DNA of 64,000 nucleotides from Minisyncoccota bacterium (GCA_041389085.1 JAWKSL010000001.1:34921-98920), one strand, 5' to 3'; counted from the first letter of the stretch, positions 37,347 to 47,358 are shown. Notes: generated by a model from the letters alone, not told the origin. A program made the numbers and translations.

Positions 37347-38810
37347 TTAGCCTCCTATTTCTACCTGTGCTGGCTGCTGATAAACAGCTACATGGCTTTC
37401 CTTTCTCTTGAAGATAATCAAGAGAAGAAGAGCTATGATAACCAGCAGCAAGAAGAATGGGTTGAAGATAAGGAATCCAAGAGCAGCTATTGCTGAACCA
37501 AGTGCTACAGAATTAATAGAGTTTGCACTGTTGAGCATGATAAAGCTTCTCTCTTCTGAAACCTTAACCTGAGTACCTACTTCGCTTACGATGCGGAAGT
37601 AGTATGTACGGTCAGACTGAAGGTTTCCGAGCCATACCTTGTGAGAGGTAGATATAGCGGTGCTTTGTGGGCTGCTATATTCGTAACGATAGTTTTGTAC
37701 GTTTGGTTGGCTTGCAAGTCCGTAGACTACATATCCACGTGATGGCTTGCTTGTCTCCCAGATAACATACACGTTGTCGTTCTCGTCCTTTTCTACACGG
37801 ATGTTGAACTGTGAAAGATCGATGTTTGAGTCCACTTCAACTACTTGCGCGGTGCGCTCTACCACTACAGTACGGGTTACTGGAACCTGAACGATAGTTG
37901 GGGTAATTGGAGCTGGAACGTTGATCTGCGGAATAGTTGGGTATGAAGGAATTTGCACAGTTGGGGTGGTGTTTCGAACACGGTCAGCCTCAACAGTAAT
38001 TTTAATGTCTCCCTCACACTCTGAGTATCCATCGGTAGCTGAGTATTCGAATCGGTATGTATCCTCATCGCCTACTTCAGTAGTCCAGCTAAAACGACCA
38101 GTGTTCTTATTGAAGTCTGAACCACGTGGCTCATCATCAATGTCGTAATCAATGTCGTTTGTAACTGATCCACGTACATCCACTTTGAAACTTACGCGCT
38201 CTCCCTCGTCTACACGCACGCTCTCGTCTTTACAAACAAGGTTGCTTGTAGCTGGATTTGGCGCTGGACTTGGTTGTGGCTGTGGGGTAGGATCTACTAC
38301 CTGGTTTATCTTATAGATACTAAGAGTTACTTTCTGACTTCCGTTTCGGTTGTCAGTGATTGGGCTATCCTTAAGCCAAAGCCAAAGGTTTGTACCCGAT
38401 CCTGAGATGGTAATAGTCTTTGACTTACCAGCTCCTGCCTGACTAGCAGAATATTGGTCTTGGAAGTATCCAGGAGCTATATCGATGGCCTTTTGAAGAC
38501 CAGTTTCAGATATATACTGAATGTTTGCACGTGGTACCCATGTACCAGTAGTTGTGTACTGGCTAGCACCTTTATCTTGGTCGCTTGACCATGGGCTCCA
38601 TGAACCTCCTTCGTGTTCGATCACGTAAGTTCCTGGTTCAAGAGAAAACCCGTTTACGTTCCCTGGGGCTGCGGTAGCGCTGCTACGAGCATCGAGGGTA
38701 ACGCGTTGTATAAACTGCTTTGTAGTAGCAGCATCTGCCGGCATTGAAGCTGAAAGTGCTACGAAGAGCACAAGCCCAAACGCAAGGCTAAATTTTACGA
38801 GATTATTCAT
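37347..38810 (-). CDS. Surface adhesin-like paralog (signal peptide, Ig-like, FN3-like, C-terminal TM anchor)
   Basis: Same architecture and C-terminal anchor (GFLIFNPFFLLLVIIALLLLIIFKRK) as 34658..36112. Confidence 0.6.
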   Translation of the reverse strand: MNNLVKFSLAFGLVLFVALSASMPADAATTKQFIQRVTLDARSSATAAPGNVNGFSLEPGTYVIEHEGGSWSPWSSDQDKGASQYTTTGTWVPRANIQYISETGLQKAIDIAPGYFQDQYSASQAGAGKSKTITISGSGTNLWLWLKDSPITDNRNGSQKVTLSIYKINQVVDPTPQPQPSPAPNPATSNLVCKDESVRVDEGERVSFKVDVRGSVTNDIDYDIDDEPRGSDFNKNTGRFSWTTEVGDEDTYRFEYSATDGYSECEGDIKITVEADRVRNTTPTVQIPSYPTIPQINVPAPITPTIVQVPVTRTVVVERTAQVVEVDSNIDLSQFNIRVEKDENDNVYVIWETSKPSRGYVVYGLASQPNVQNYRYEYSSPQSTAISTSHKVWLGNLQSDRTYYFRIVSEVGTQVKVSEERSFIMLNSANSINSVALGSAIAALGFLIFNPFFLLLVIIALLLLIIFKRKESHVAVYQQPAQVEIGG

Positions 38811-38865
38811 AATTTTTAGGTTGAGATTGTTAAGCCAGGCCCTTCGACTGAGCCTGTTACTTCAT

Positions 38866-38894
38866 ATTATATACCTATTTGACTTATTTGTCAA
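38866..38894 (-). promoter_or_regulatory. Perfect-consensus sigma70 promoter TTGACA-17-TATAAT for the adhesin paralog
   Basis: Read directly. Confidence 0.6.
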
Positions 38895-38932
38895 GTATTG
38901 GCTTTTTAGGCTATTTTTGCTATATTCCCTCT

Positions 38933-39270
38933 TAGTAGCAGGGCAACTACTCTAGATTGTTTACATTCTAGGGAGGAAAGTCCGGACTCCCTTTCCCCTT
39001 TCGGGGTCAAAAATGTAGTAGCTAACAGCTATCACAGGTGACTGAGAGATGCGAGCAGAGACGCTGGCGCAGAAATGCTGCCAGGACCCTTATCTCAAGC
39101 TAAACGGGTCAATCCAGCCATAGAGACAAGAAAGCTGGGGTGAAACGGCTAAATTCTTACAGGGTGCAAGGCCGTGTCCCGCTTTGCGGGAAGTGCCGCT
39201 TGAGGGCTGTGGCGACACAGCTCCTAGGTAAATTGTTGCCAAGAACAGAATCCGGCTTACTCGCTACTAA
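38933..39270 (+). ncRNA. rnpB: RNase P RNA (bacterial type A)
   Basis: P4 halves GAGGAAAGUCCGG (38974-38986) and ACAGAAUCCGGCUUAC (39244-39259). P1 pairing AGUAGC../..GCUACU. Followed by a terminator. Confidence 0.85.
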
Positions 39271-39273
39271 CTA

Positions 39274-39297
39274 AAAAGCCCCTTTCGGGGTTTTTTA
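39274..39297. terminator. Bidirectional terminator aaaaagcccctttcggggtttttt
   Basis: Read directly. Serves rnpB (+) and the DHH gene (-). Confidence 0.8.
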
Positions 39298-40143
39298 GTT
39301 TTTATACTTCCACGGAAAGGGCTTATTTATGTGCCAGTGAAATCCGGCCGAATACCGGTGCCCTCCCCCGCCATATTTCTTGGCTATTTTCATAACGTCT
39401 GCTTTTGTGCCCACTTTTGCTCTTAGGCTCACTTTTGGTCTTCCTTCGTCTAAGTAAACTACGACGGCAATGTTCCCAGGGAATGCTTCGTAGAGCGCTG
39501 CACCGATGTGTGTGCGGAGCGCTGAAATTCCGTATGTAAAGCGAGCTTTCTGGCCTTCGAAAATTATTGGCACACTGCTTTCTACGGCAGAGTGTACAAT
39601 ATTGCTTTCTCGGGCAAGAATTTTCTGGCCCTCCTTTTCATATTGTTTAAGCTTTTTCTTATCTTCAAAGGCTCTAATAAGCTTTGGCACATCATCGAGT
39701 GACTTAAGCTCCAGGCTTGCAGATGCAAGAGTGCCTATTTGCCCCTCTGTTTGCTTTTGCCAAAGATCACTTTTTTGAACTTGGCTTACGAACTTTGGCA
39801 TTTTCTTTTTTGGGAAGAAATATTTCCACGCTAAACCTGCACCAGAATAGTTCAGGTTATAGACTCCCTTTTTGTGAACCTTAAACTGCTCTGCTGCAGT
39901 TGGATGGTGGTCGAGGATAAAAACTTCGTTGCTTTTATGTATCTCTACAAAGTCCTTGAGTAGCGGAACAGCGTCTATGAAAAATATGGTTTTATTTCTT
40001 AGCTTCTTAAAACCAGTGTAGGTAAAAGGCATTGGCACATACTCTGCCTTGTTTTTGAGTGCCATTTTTGCGATACCAGCTCCTACAAAACCGTCTCTGC
40101 AGCCCTTGTGGTAGTACACTACTATTTTCTTCTCTGTCTTCAT
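39295..40143 (-). CDS. DHH/DHHA1 phosphoesterase (NrnA-like oligoribonuclease/pAp phosphatase)
   Basis: ILDHH motif and DHHA1 GGGGH motif. Confidence 0.75.
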   Translation of the reverse strand: MKTEKKIVVYYHKGCRDGFVGAGIAKMALKNKAEYVPMPFTYTGFKKLRNKTIFFIDAVPLLKDFVEIHKSNEVFILDHHPTAAEQFKVHKKGVYNLNYSGAGLAWKYFFPKKKMPKFVSQVQKSDLWQKQTEGQIGTLASASLELKSLDDVPKLIRAFEDKKKLKQYEKEGQKILARESNIVHSAVESSVPIIFEGQKARFTYGISALRTHIGAALYEAFPGNIAVVVYLDEGRPKVSLRAKVGTKADVMKIAKKYGGGGHRYSAGFHWHINKPFPWKYKN

Positions 40144-41253
40144 TTAAGAAATGTACTTCTTGCGCCTGAGCGCGTCAATTCCTGGCATTTTTTTGCCAGC
40201 GAGAAATGCGAGCATCGCTCCGCCGCCAGTAGAAAGAAAGCTTACTGAGTTTTGCTTGTTCATTTCCTCTATCAGAGTGCCTGTTTCTCCCCCTCCTACA
40301 ACCGAATAAATTCCTTTTTTAGTAATTGCGCGCGCTATCATCTCTGAACCCTTGCGAAACTCTTGTTGCTCAAAGTAACCAACTGGGCCGTTCCACACTA
40401 CCGTTTGAGACTTGCGAATGATCTGTAAAAATTCTTGGCGCGCTTTTCTACCAAGGTCGTATATCTTCCCGTGCGGCCCAAACTCGAAGTCTACTGGCAA
40501 AACTATCTTTTTCTTTTTAAGCCACGGCTTTATGTGGTGCAGAAGGCTTTCATCTACAACTGACTGCCCAACATTTTGGCCCGCTGCGAAAAGGAAGGTG
40601 TTTGCGAGCACTCCTCCTACTAAAATTTTATTTACTTTTGGATAAAGCTTTTCAATTACTGCAAATTTATCTGCCGCCTTGCCTCCACCCAAAATAAGAG
40701 TGAATGGCTTCTTGGGGCTTTTCATTACCTTTGAAAGGTTTTCAACCTCCTCCATTAAAAGGAGCCCTGCATAGCTTGGAAGATAGTTTGTTATTGCCTC
40801 TACTGAGGCATGCGCTCTATGGCAGGATGCAAATGCATCGTTTACATACATGTCTGCGAGCCCTGCAAGCCTGTGGGCGAAGGTATGGTCGTTTTCCTCC
40901 TCGCCCCTGTTGAAGCGAAGGTTCTCAAGTAGAAATATTTTTCCGGGACGACCTCTTTTTATCGCTACTTCTAGCTCCGCAAAGTCCCACTCTGGCAGGA
41001 ACTGCACTGGTTTTTTAAGAAGCTTTCTGAGAGCTGAGGCTGTACTCTTTAGGCTCTCTTTCTCTACTCGTTTTCCGTGAGGCTTTCCTTTGTGGGAGGC
41101 TACGATAACTATCGCCCCCTTGCGGACGAGAAACTTTATTGTGTTAATGGCGCGGTGGACTTTGTATGAATCCTTTAGGTTTTCAGTATTTAAATCTGCC
41201 CGTAACAATACGCGCTTTCCTTTTAAGCTTTTTGCGTTCTCTACCGCCTTCAT
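40144..41253 (-). CDS. pgk: Phosphoglycerate kinase
   Basis: PGK N- and C-terminal blocks (..GGGAMLAFLAGKKMPGIDAL). Confidence 0.9.
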   Translation of the reverse strand: MKAVENAKSLKGKRVLLRADLNTENLKDSYKVHRAINTIKFLVRKGAIVIVASHKGKPHGKRVEKESLKSTASALRKLLKKPVQFLPEWDFAELEVAIKRGRPGKIFLLENLRFNRGEEENDHTFAHRLAGLADMYVNDAFASCHRAHASVEAITNYLPSYAGLLLMEEVENLSKVMKSPKKPFTLILGGGKAADKFAVIEKLYPKVNKILVGGVLANTFLFAAGQNVGQSVVDESLLHHIKPWLKKKKIVLPVDFEFGPHGKIYDLGRKARQEFLQIIRKSQTVVWNGPVGYFEQQEFRKGSEMIARAITKKGIYSVVGGGETGTLIEEMNKQNSVSFLSTGGGAMLAFLAGKKMPGIDALRRKKYIS

Positions 41254-41317
41254 ATTGTCTAATAATAACGCAAAAGCCCCAACGTGTGGGGCTTTTTGTA
41301 TACACAGATTTTTCTTT

Positions 41318-42577
41318 TTAGTACTCGCGGATAGAAACTTGTGATTCTATTTGGCGGTATGTTTCGAGCGCCACTGAAACTACGATGAGCAATGCGGTAC
41401 CTCCGATCGAAAGTGTGTTGGTGTTGGTAAATGCTTGCGTAATGATTGGAAGCACTGCGATAAGACCAAGGAAGACTGCTCCAAAGAGGGTGATTTTTCC
41501 GGTAGTGCTCTTGAGATATCGCTCGGTTGGCTTTCCTGGGCGAATTCCAGGGATAAATCCTCCTGAGTGCTGAAGATTCTTTGAGAGCTCTTCAGGGTTG
41601 AAGGTGATAGCAGTGTAGAAGTAGGTAAACACAGCTACGAGTACGAAATAGGTCAGTCCATAGGCAAGATGGTTTGCGGTAAAGGCTGCAAGGATTCCTT
41701 GAAGTTTTACTGCGAAGCCACTTGAGAATGCGGTTAGGATTTGTGCAAGAAACTGTGGGAAGAGCAAGATAGAGATCGCAAAGATGATCGGAATAACTCC
41801 TGCTTGGTTCACCTTTAGTGGAAGATAGGTGCTGGCACCTCCATATACTTTGTTTCCGCGTACGCGCTTTGAGTATACTACTGGAATTTTGCGCTCTCCT
41901 TCCGTTACAAACACAACTCCAGCGATAATTGCTACTGCTACTGCAGCAAATACGAGGTAGCTAATAAGAAGGTCTTCGTTGTATGAGAAGAATGCTGTTT
42001 GAATGGCACTTGGAAGTTGCGCTACGATACCAGCGAAAATGATAAGGCTGATTCCGCTTCCAATCTTTTGCTCGCTCATAAGTTCTCCTATCCACATAAG
42101 CAGCACTGATCCAGCAGTTACAATGAGCACGTTTTGGAATATCTGCGCGCTACTAAATGGACCAATAAGGCCTTGGCTCTGGAAAAGATTCAAAAGTCCG
42201 TACCCCTGCAATGCTGCAAATGGAACAGTGAGCCAGCGGCTAATGCGGTTGAACTTCGCGCGACCAATAGCCCCCTGCTCGTAGTAGAGCTCTTTGAGGT
42301 TTGGGAAGATCATGGTCAGAAGCTGCATGACGATGGTGGCGGTAATGTATGGCCCTACACCAAGCATCATGATAGAAAGATTGTCGAGTCCTCCTCCTGC
42401 AAATAGGTTCAAGAAGCCAAAGAATTGGTTTCCTGCGAGGAAGTTTCGAAGCTGCTCTACGTTGATTCCTGGAATCGGGATAGCAGCAAATAGGCGGAAT
42501 ACTGCGAGCAGTCCGAGTATGATAAGTATCTTTTTGCGTGTCTCTGGGATCTTAAATGCTTGGAATAGTGTTTTCAT
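41318..42577 (-). CDS. secY: Preprotein translocase subunit SecY
   Basis: 10-TM SecY pattern and position after rplO. Confidence 0.95.
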   Translation of the reverse strand: MKTLFQAFKIPETRKKILIILGLLAVFRLFAAIPIPGINVEQLRNFLAGNQFFGFLNLFAGGGLDNLSIMMLGVGPYITATIVMQLLTMIFPNLKELYYEQGAIGRAKFNRISRWLTVPFAALQGYGLLNLFQSQGLIGPFSSAQIFQNVLIVTAGSVLLMWIGELMSEQKIGSGISLIIFAGIVAQLPSAIQTAFFSYNEDLLISYLVFAAVAVAIIAGVVFVTEGERKIPVVYSKRVRGNKVYGGASTYLPLKVNQAGVIPIIFAISILLFPQFLAQILTAFSSGFAVKLQGILAAFTANHLAYGLTYFVLVAVFTYFYTAITFNPEELSKNLQHSGGFIPGIRPGKPTERYLKSTTGKITLFGAVFLGLIAVLPIITQAFTNTNTLSIGGTALLIVVSVALETYRQIESQVSIREY

Positions 42578-42612
42578 TTTCGTATAAGATACTGACTGTT
42601 ATCTGGAGCTAG

Positions 42613-43086
42613 CTACTCAGCTTTATCCTCTGACTTTTTCTTAGTCTTTGGAAGAGTTACGCTTCCTCCAGCCTTTTCAATCTTTTCCTTTGCCTTTGCT
42701 GAAACTTGAACGTTTTCTACGGTAATCTTTCGGCTTATTTCTCCCGTGTTGAGAATCTTTGCAGACTCCTTTCTCTTGAGAAGACCTTCCTTGCGAAGAG
42801 CTTCGTTGGTGATTTTGTCGATTGAAAGCTTTTCGAGGGTTGAAAGACTAATAGCGCGAGCTTTGAGCTTTTCTGAGTCTACAGTTCGAGCGCGGTTCTT
42901 TCCGTATCCACGGCGCTTTGGCAAACGTTGAACAAGGTCACGGATTGCTGGACGAATTCTGTGTCCTGCACGTGCTTTTTGTCCTTTTGTACCCTTACCT
43001 GCGGTAGTACCTCTCTTTCCTCCTCGTCCTACGCGTGGGCGCTTTGTTTGGTTTCCTTTTGGTCGCTTTAGATTGTGAGTTTGCAT
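42613..43086 (-). CDS. rplO: 50S ribosomal protein L15
   Basis: Gly/Lys-rich N-terminus GRGGKRGTTAGKG, conserved order. Confidence 0.9.
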   Translation of the reverse strand: MQTHNLKRPKGNQTKRPRVGRGGKRGTTAGKGTKGQKARAGHRIRPAIRDLVQRLPKRRGYGKNRARTVDSEKLKARAISLSTLEKLSIDKITNEALRKEGLLKRKESAKILNTGEISRKITVENVQVSAKAKEKIEKAGGSVTLPKTKKKSEDKAE

Positions 43087-43094
43087 ATATTTCT

Positions 43095-43772
43095 TTACTT
43101 ACTTTCCTTTGCAACTTTTTTCTTTGGAGCAACCTTTTTCTCTACTACTGGCTTTGCTGCCTCTTTCTTCTTTGATTTTCGCGCAGGTTTAAGCTGCTTG
43201 AGTGCATCGATTGTTGCAAGTGCGTTGGTAACCTTGTTTGTAGTGCGTCCAAGGCACTTTGCTGTTGCATCGTTTACTCCTGCAAGGTGAAGTACTGTTC
43301 GTACCGCTCCTCCTGCTACGAGTCCGTTTCCTTCTTTTGCTGGCTTGATAAGTACGCGAGCTGCTGAGTACTTTGCGTCTACTTGATGTGGGATTGTTCC
43401 TTTGTTCATCTGCACGATGATAAGGTTTTTCTTTGCTTTGTTCTTTGCCTTCTGGATTGACTGCTGTACGTCTCCTCCCTTACCCATTCCAATTCCAACG
43501 CGGCCCTTCTTGTCTCCGATAACAAGGGTTGCTCGGAAGCGGAAGCGCTTTCCTCCAGCCATAACACGCACAACGCGGCGAAGGTCGATTACTTGCTCTT
43601 CAAATTCTGGCTTTTGGCGAACGAATGGCTTTCGGTCTTGTCCGCGACGTCCGCGGCGTTGACCTCTGCCTCCGTGGTTTCCACCGCGACCTCTTTGAGG
43701 GCCTCTCTTTTCAGCTGCTGGTGCTGCTGATTCTGGCTTTGCTTCTTTTTGTACTGCTTTTACTTCTGTCAT
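43095..43772 (-). CDS. rpsE: 30S ribosomal protein S5 with a basic N-terminal extension. No L30 gene follows.
   Basis: S5 dsRBD/C-terminal blocks (VVRVMAGGKRFRFRATLVIGD, GIGMGKG). 8-nt gap to rplO. Confidence 0.9.
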   Translation of the reverse strand: MTEVKAVQKEAKPESAAPAAEKRGPQRGRGGNHGGRGQRRGRRGQDRKPFVRQKPEFEEQVIDLRRVVRVMAGGKRFRFRATLVIGDKKGRVGIGMGKGGDVQQSIQKAKNKAKKNLIIVQMNKGTIPHQVDAKYSAARVLIKPAKEGNGLVAGGAVRTVLHLAGVNDATAKCLGRTTNKVTNALATIDALKQLKPARKSKKKEAAKPVVEKKVAPKKKVAKESK

Positions 43773-43784
43773 GGGTTTGTTTGG

Positions 43785-44153
43785 CTAGATCTTAAGTCCT
43801 GCTTCTTTTACTCCATCAGCAAGCGCCTTGACCTTTCCGTGAAACGCGTACTGCCCTCTGTCGAATACGACTTCGGTTACTTTTTTCTCTGCTGCCTTTT
43901 GTGCGAGCTGCTTTCCTGCTTCAAATGCCTTTGCTATTCCTGCGCTCATACCTTCAGCTGCCTTTGCGGTGATTCCTTTAGTTGAGATTGATGCGAGAGT
44001 TGTTCCGGTTTTATCGTCGATGATTTGTGCGTAAATTTCTTTGTTAGAACGAAATACACTCATGCGTGGGCGGGTGCTCAAAGTACGTACTTTTGCTCGG
44101 GTACGGTTCTTTCGACGTGCTGCGGTTTGGTTTTTTTGCTTTGATCGATTCAT
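43785..44153 (-). CDS. rplR: 50S ribosomal protein L18
   Basis: Family match and order. Confidence 0.9.
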   Translation of the reverse strand: MNRSKQKNQTAARRKNRTRAKVRTLSTRPRMSVFRSNKEIYAQIIDDKTGTTLASISTKGITAKAAEGMSAGIAKAFEAGKQLAQKAAEKKVTEVVFDRGQYAFHGKVKALADGVKEAGLKI

Positions 44154-44164
44154 ATTTTTATATG

Positions 44165-44707
44165 CTATTCAGAGCCAACCTTCTTACCGGCCTTTCGTCT
44201 AATGTATTCGCCTTTGTATCGCACTCCCTTTCCTTTGTATGGTTCTGGTTTGCGGATCTTTCGAATTTCTGCTGCTACCTGTCCTACTGCTTGCTTGTCT
44301 ATACCTTTAATAACAATAGTGTTTTGGTCTGGAGCGGTAAGTTCTATTCCTTCTGGTGCTGGAAACTTTACTGGGTGTGAAAAGCCAAGGTTAAGGGTAA
44401 GCCCCTTTCCGTCTTGTGCTACTCGGTATCCAACTCCTTCTATTTCAAGAGTCTTTTCGTAACCGTTTGAAACTCCCTCAACTGCGTTTTCGGTAAGTGA
44501 TGCTACTGTTCCCCAGTTGCTTCGAGACTGCTTCCCTTCTCCTGCGAGTGCAAAAGTTACCTCCTTGTCAGCGATGTTTACTGAAACACCTCCTAGAAGG
44601 GTTACTTTCTGTTCTCCTTTCGGCCCTTTTACGAGGAGCTGGTTGTTTTCTTGGCTTACCTCTACTCCGTCTGGAAGACTAATTGGTTTTTTTCCTATCT
44701 TGCTCAT
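44165..44707 (-). CDS. rplF: 50S ribosomal protein L6
   Basis: Family match and order. Confidence 0.9.
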   Translation of the reverse strand: MSKIGKKPISLPDGVEVSQENNQLLVKGPKGEQKVTLLGGVSVNIADKEVTFALAGEGKQSRSNWGTVASLTENAVEGVSNGYEKTLEIEGVGYRVAQDGKGLTLNLGFSHPVKFPAPEGIELTAPDQNTIVIKGIDKQAVGQVAAEIRKIRKPEPYKGKGVRYKGEYIRRKAGKKVGSE

Positions 44708-44711
44708 ATGT

Positions 44712-45095
44712 TTACCAAATTTCGAATAACATTTGTCCTCCGACTTTTTCTTTTCGTGCTTGCTGTTCGTTCATGATTCCTTTTGAGGTTGAAACAACAG
44801 CCATTCCGTATCCTTGGCGTACTGACTTCATATCTTTGTATCCTACGTAAAGTCTGCGGCTTGGTTTGCTTACAAAGCGAACTCCTTGAATTGATCCGTT
44901 TCCGTTTTCGTCGTAGTTGAGTGCTACATCGATAACACGCTTTGGCATTCGCCCCTTCTTCTCTACTGCACCTACAAAGCCACGCTTTGAAAGAAGCTCG
45001 AGAATAGCGAGGTTCATGTTTGAAAATGGGAGTTTTACGCTCTCCTTTCCAGCTGCCTGTGCATTTCTAATTTGTGTAAGTATTTCTGTGTACAT
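44712..45095 (-). CDS. rpsH: 30S ribosomal protein S8 (start at ATG 45095; longer ORF-track start rejected)
   Basis: MYTEILTQIRNAQAAGK matches the S8 N-terminus. Upstream extension would overlap rpsZ. Confidence 0.85.
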   Translation of the reverse strand: MYTEILTQIRNAQAAGKESVKLPFSNMNLAILELLSKRGFVGAVEKKGRMPKRVIDVALNYDENGNGSIQGVRFVSKPSRRLYVGYKDMKSVRQGYGMAVVSTSKGIMNEQQARKEKVGGQMLFEIW

Positions 45096-45102
45096 AAACG
45101 TT

Positions 45103-45288
45103 TTACCAGCTTGCTTTCTTAACTCCTGGGATTTCTCCGCGTGATGCCATTTCTCTAAAGCAGATTCTGCAGATTCCAAAATCTCTCATGTATCCGTGGC
45201 GGCGTCCGCATGCGAAGCAGCGACGAATAACCCGAGTTGAGAACTTAGGCTTTCTGTTCGCTTTTGCTATCATTGATTTCTTTGCCAT
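45103..45288 (-). CDS. rpsZ: 30S ribosomal protein S14 type Z (Zn-binding)
   Basis: 61 aa with CxxC...CxxC ([20 protein letters not shown]). Confidence 0.9.
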   Translation of the reverse strand: MAKKSMIAKANRKPKFSTRVIRRCFACGRRHGYMRDFGICRICFREMASRGEIPGVKKASW

Positions 45289-45307
45289 ATGTTTCTTTTA
45301 AAATGAT

Positions 45308-45808
45308 TTATTTTGCGGTGCTTACTTCACGCTCAAGTGGAACACCAAGTTCTTTATAGAACTTAATAGCGTCCTCCTTGCTCATTGGTTTTTGAGGCAC
45401 GAGAGTAACTTGTAGACCGAAGGTGACCTTTGTCTCTTCGAGTATGATTTCTGGAAATACAGTGTGCTCTTTGATACCAAAGCTCAAGTTTCCGTCTGAG
45501 TCGATGTTGTTGATCTTTATTCCCTGGAAGTCGCGGATACGTGGGATAACGATGTTGGTAACACGGCTAAGGAAATCCATCATTCTCTTGTGGCGCAAGG
45601 TTGTGCGCATACCGATAACAACACCTTGGCGAAGCTTAAACCCGGCGATAGCCTTCTTTGAAGGTCGCTCTTGTGGCTTTTGTCCGGTGATCTTTGCAAG
45701 ATCGGCAGCAACTGCAGGCTTAAGAGTTTTTTCAAACTCTGAAAGCGTGCTCATTCTACCAAGCCCGGTGTTTACAACTATCTTTTTTAGTGGGTATTTG
45801 CTTATCAT
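45308..45808 (-). CDS. rplE: 50S ribosomal protein L5
   Basis: Family match and order. Confidence 0.9.
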   Translation of the reverse strand: MISKYPLKKIVVNTGLGRMSTLSEFEKTLKPAVAADLAKITGQKPQERPSKKAIAGFKLRQGVVIGMRTTLRHKRMMDFLSRVTNIVIPRIRDFQGIKINNIDSDGNLSFGIKEHTVFPEIILEETKVTFGLQVTLVPQKPMSKEDAIKFYKELGVPLEREVSTAK

Positions 45809-45813
45809 GGTGT

Positions 45814-46047
45814 TTATTTTCCTTGAACTTCAAGATTTGATGTGTGAATGGTTCGTGGAACACTTACGATCTCTCCTTTTTGCCCCTGCTTTGTTGGACG
45901 CTTGTGCTTCTTATACATGTTTACTCCTTCTATAAGAGCGCGGGTCTTGTCTTTGGTAACCTTAAGCACCTTGCCGGTTTTTCCTTTGTCCTTACCTGCA
46001 AGAACTTTTACTGTTACTCCTTTTTTCAATGCTTTCTTGAGTTTCAT
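45814..46047 (-). CDS. rplX: 50S ribosomal protein L24 (start at ATG 46047)
   Basis: KOW motif MKLKKALKKGVTVKVLAGKDKGKTGKV. The longer ORF would overlap rplN. Confidence 0.85.
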   Translation of the reverse strand: MKLKKALKKGVTVKVLAGKDKGKTGKVLKVTKDKTRALIEGVNMYKKHKRPTKQGQKGEIVSVPRTIHTSNLEVQGK

Positions 46048-46051
46048 ATTT

Positions 46052-46420
46052 TTATACGATTTCTTCTGCCATTGAAAAGACCTTTTCAAATCCTTTTGCT
46101 TTGATTTCGCGAGGAATTGGTCCGAAAACACGAGTTGATTTTGGCTCTTTCTTGTCGTCCACGATTACTACTGCGTTCTCGTCAAAACGAACTACTGATC
46201 CGTTTACTCTCTTAAGCGGGTTTCGAGTACGCACAACAACACACTTTACAATGTCCTTTTTCTTAACATTCTTGCGTGGCTCTGCTGTTTGCACTGATGC
46301 GATAACGATGTCGCCGATGCGAGCGTATCGCTTGCGGGTTCCACCAGGAAGGTGAAATACGCGCACTGTCTTTGCGCCACTGTTGTCTGCTACTTTTGCT
46401 ATTGATTGTGCTTGCAACAT
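46052..46420 (-). CDS. rplN: 50S ribosomal protein L14
   Basis: MLQAQSIAKVADNSGAK.. family match. Confidence 0.92.
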   Translation of the reverse strand: MLQAQSIAKVADNSGAKTVRVFHLPGGTRKRYARIGDIVIASVQTAEPRKNVKKKDIVKCVVVRTRNPLKRVNGSVVRFDENAVVIVDDKKEPKSTRVFGPIPREIKAKGFEKVFSMAEEIV

Positions 46421-46424
46421 ATGT

Positions 46425-46667
46425 TTATTTCTCCTCTCCTACCATTGAAATGATAGTAAAGTGCTTGTCTTTTGAGAGTGGACGAGTTTCTTCCATTACA
46501 ACCATGTCTCCGACCTTGTACTTGTTTTCTGGATTGTGCGCCTTAAAGCGTTTGGTCACCTTAAAGTGCTTAAGATACTTTGAGTGCTTCTTTAAACGAG
46601 CAACCTCAACAACCGCAGTGAGCTGCATTTTGTCTGAAACAACTTTTCCTTCTATTTTTCTTTTCAT
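46425..46667 (-). CDS. rpsQ: 30S ribosomal protein S17
   Basis: Family match and order. Confidence 0.9.
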   Translation of the reverse strand: MKRKIEGKVVSDKMQLTAVVEVARLKKHSKYLKHFKVTKRFKAHNPENKYKVGDMVVMEETRPLSKDKHFTIISMVGEEK

Positions 46668-46697
46668 ATTATTGCGATTGCGAATTGCGAAATTCTA

Positions 46698-46925
46698 CTA
46701 TTTTTCTTCTTTTTTGGCAACCATCTCCTCTTTTCTCTTATGAGTGATAATTGTCTTTGTTTGCGCTATGTCTTGGCGGATAGCTCTTATCAAATGAGCA
46801 TTTTTCTCCTTGCCGTTGTGGATTGCTTCCATGGTTTTGTAGAGCTTATCTTTGAGAGCTGCTACATCCTTTTCAAGCGCTGCAAGTGACTTCCCTTTTA
46901 CTTTTTCGAGTTCTTTCTTTTTCAT
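46698..46925 (-). CDS. rpmC: 50S ribosomal protein L29
   Basis: Family match and order. Confidence 0.85.
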   Translation of the reverse strand: MKKKELEKVKGKSLAALEKDVAALKDKLYKTMEAIHNGKEKNAHLIRAIRQDIAQTKTIITHKRKEEMVAKKEEK

Positions 46926-46929
46926 AGGC

Positions 46930-47340
46930 CTACTTGCTTACGATCTTAGTTTTTACTGGAAGCTTGTGTCCTGCTCGGCGGAGCGCTTCTGTTCCTGTTT
47001 CGTTTGCAACTCCGCTGATTTCGAACATGATGCGACCTGGGCGTACTGGGAATACGTAGTGATCTACTGATCCCTTACCCTTACCCATTCCCACTTCTGG
47101 TGGCTTCTTTGTTACTGGCTTGTCTGGGAAGATGCGAATCCATACGCGTCCTTCACGCTTCATGTAGTTTGTCATTGCTCGACGAGCAGCTTCTATCTGG
47201 CGTGAGTTTATCCATGCGCTTGTAGTAGCCTTAATACCCACGCTTCCGTGAAGCAGTTCTGTTCCGCGTAGTTCAACGGTGCGCCCTTTACGGCGACCCT
47301 TGTTCCACTTTCTGTGTTTTACTTTCTTTGGTACTAGCAT
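46930..47340 (-). CDS. rplP: 50S ribosomal protein L16
   Basis: Family match and order. Confidence 0.92.
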   Translation of the reverse strand: MLVPKKVKHRKWNKGRRKGRTVELRGTELLHGSVGIKATTSAWINSRQIEAARRAMTNYMKREGRVWIRIFPDKPVTKKPPEVGMGKGKGSVDHYVFPVRPGRIMFEISGVANETGTEALRRAGHKLPVKTKIVSK

Positions 47341-47358
47341 GGTATTTTAATATCGAAT

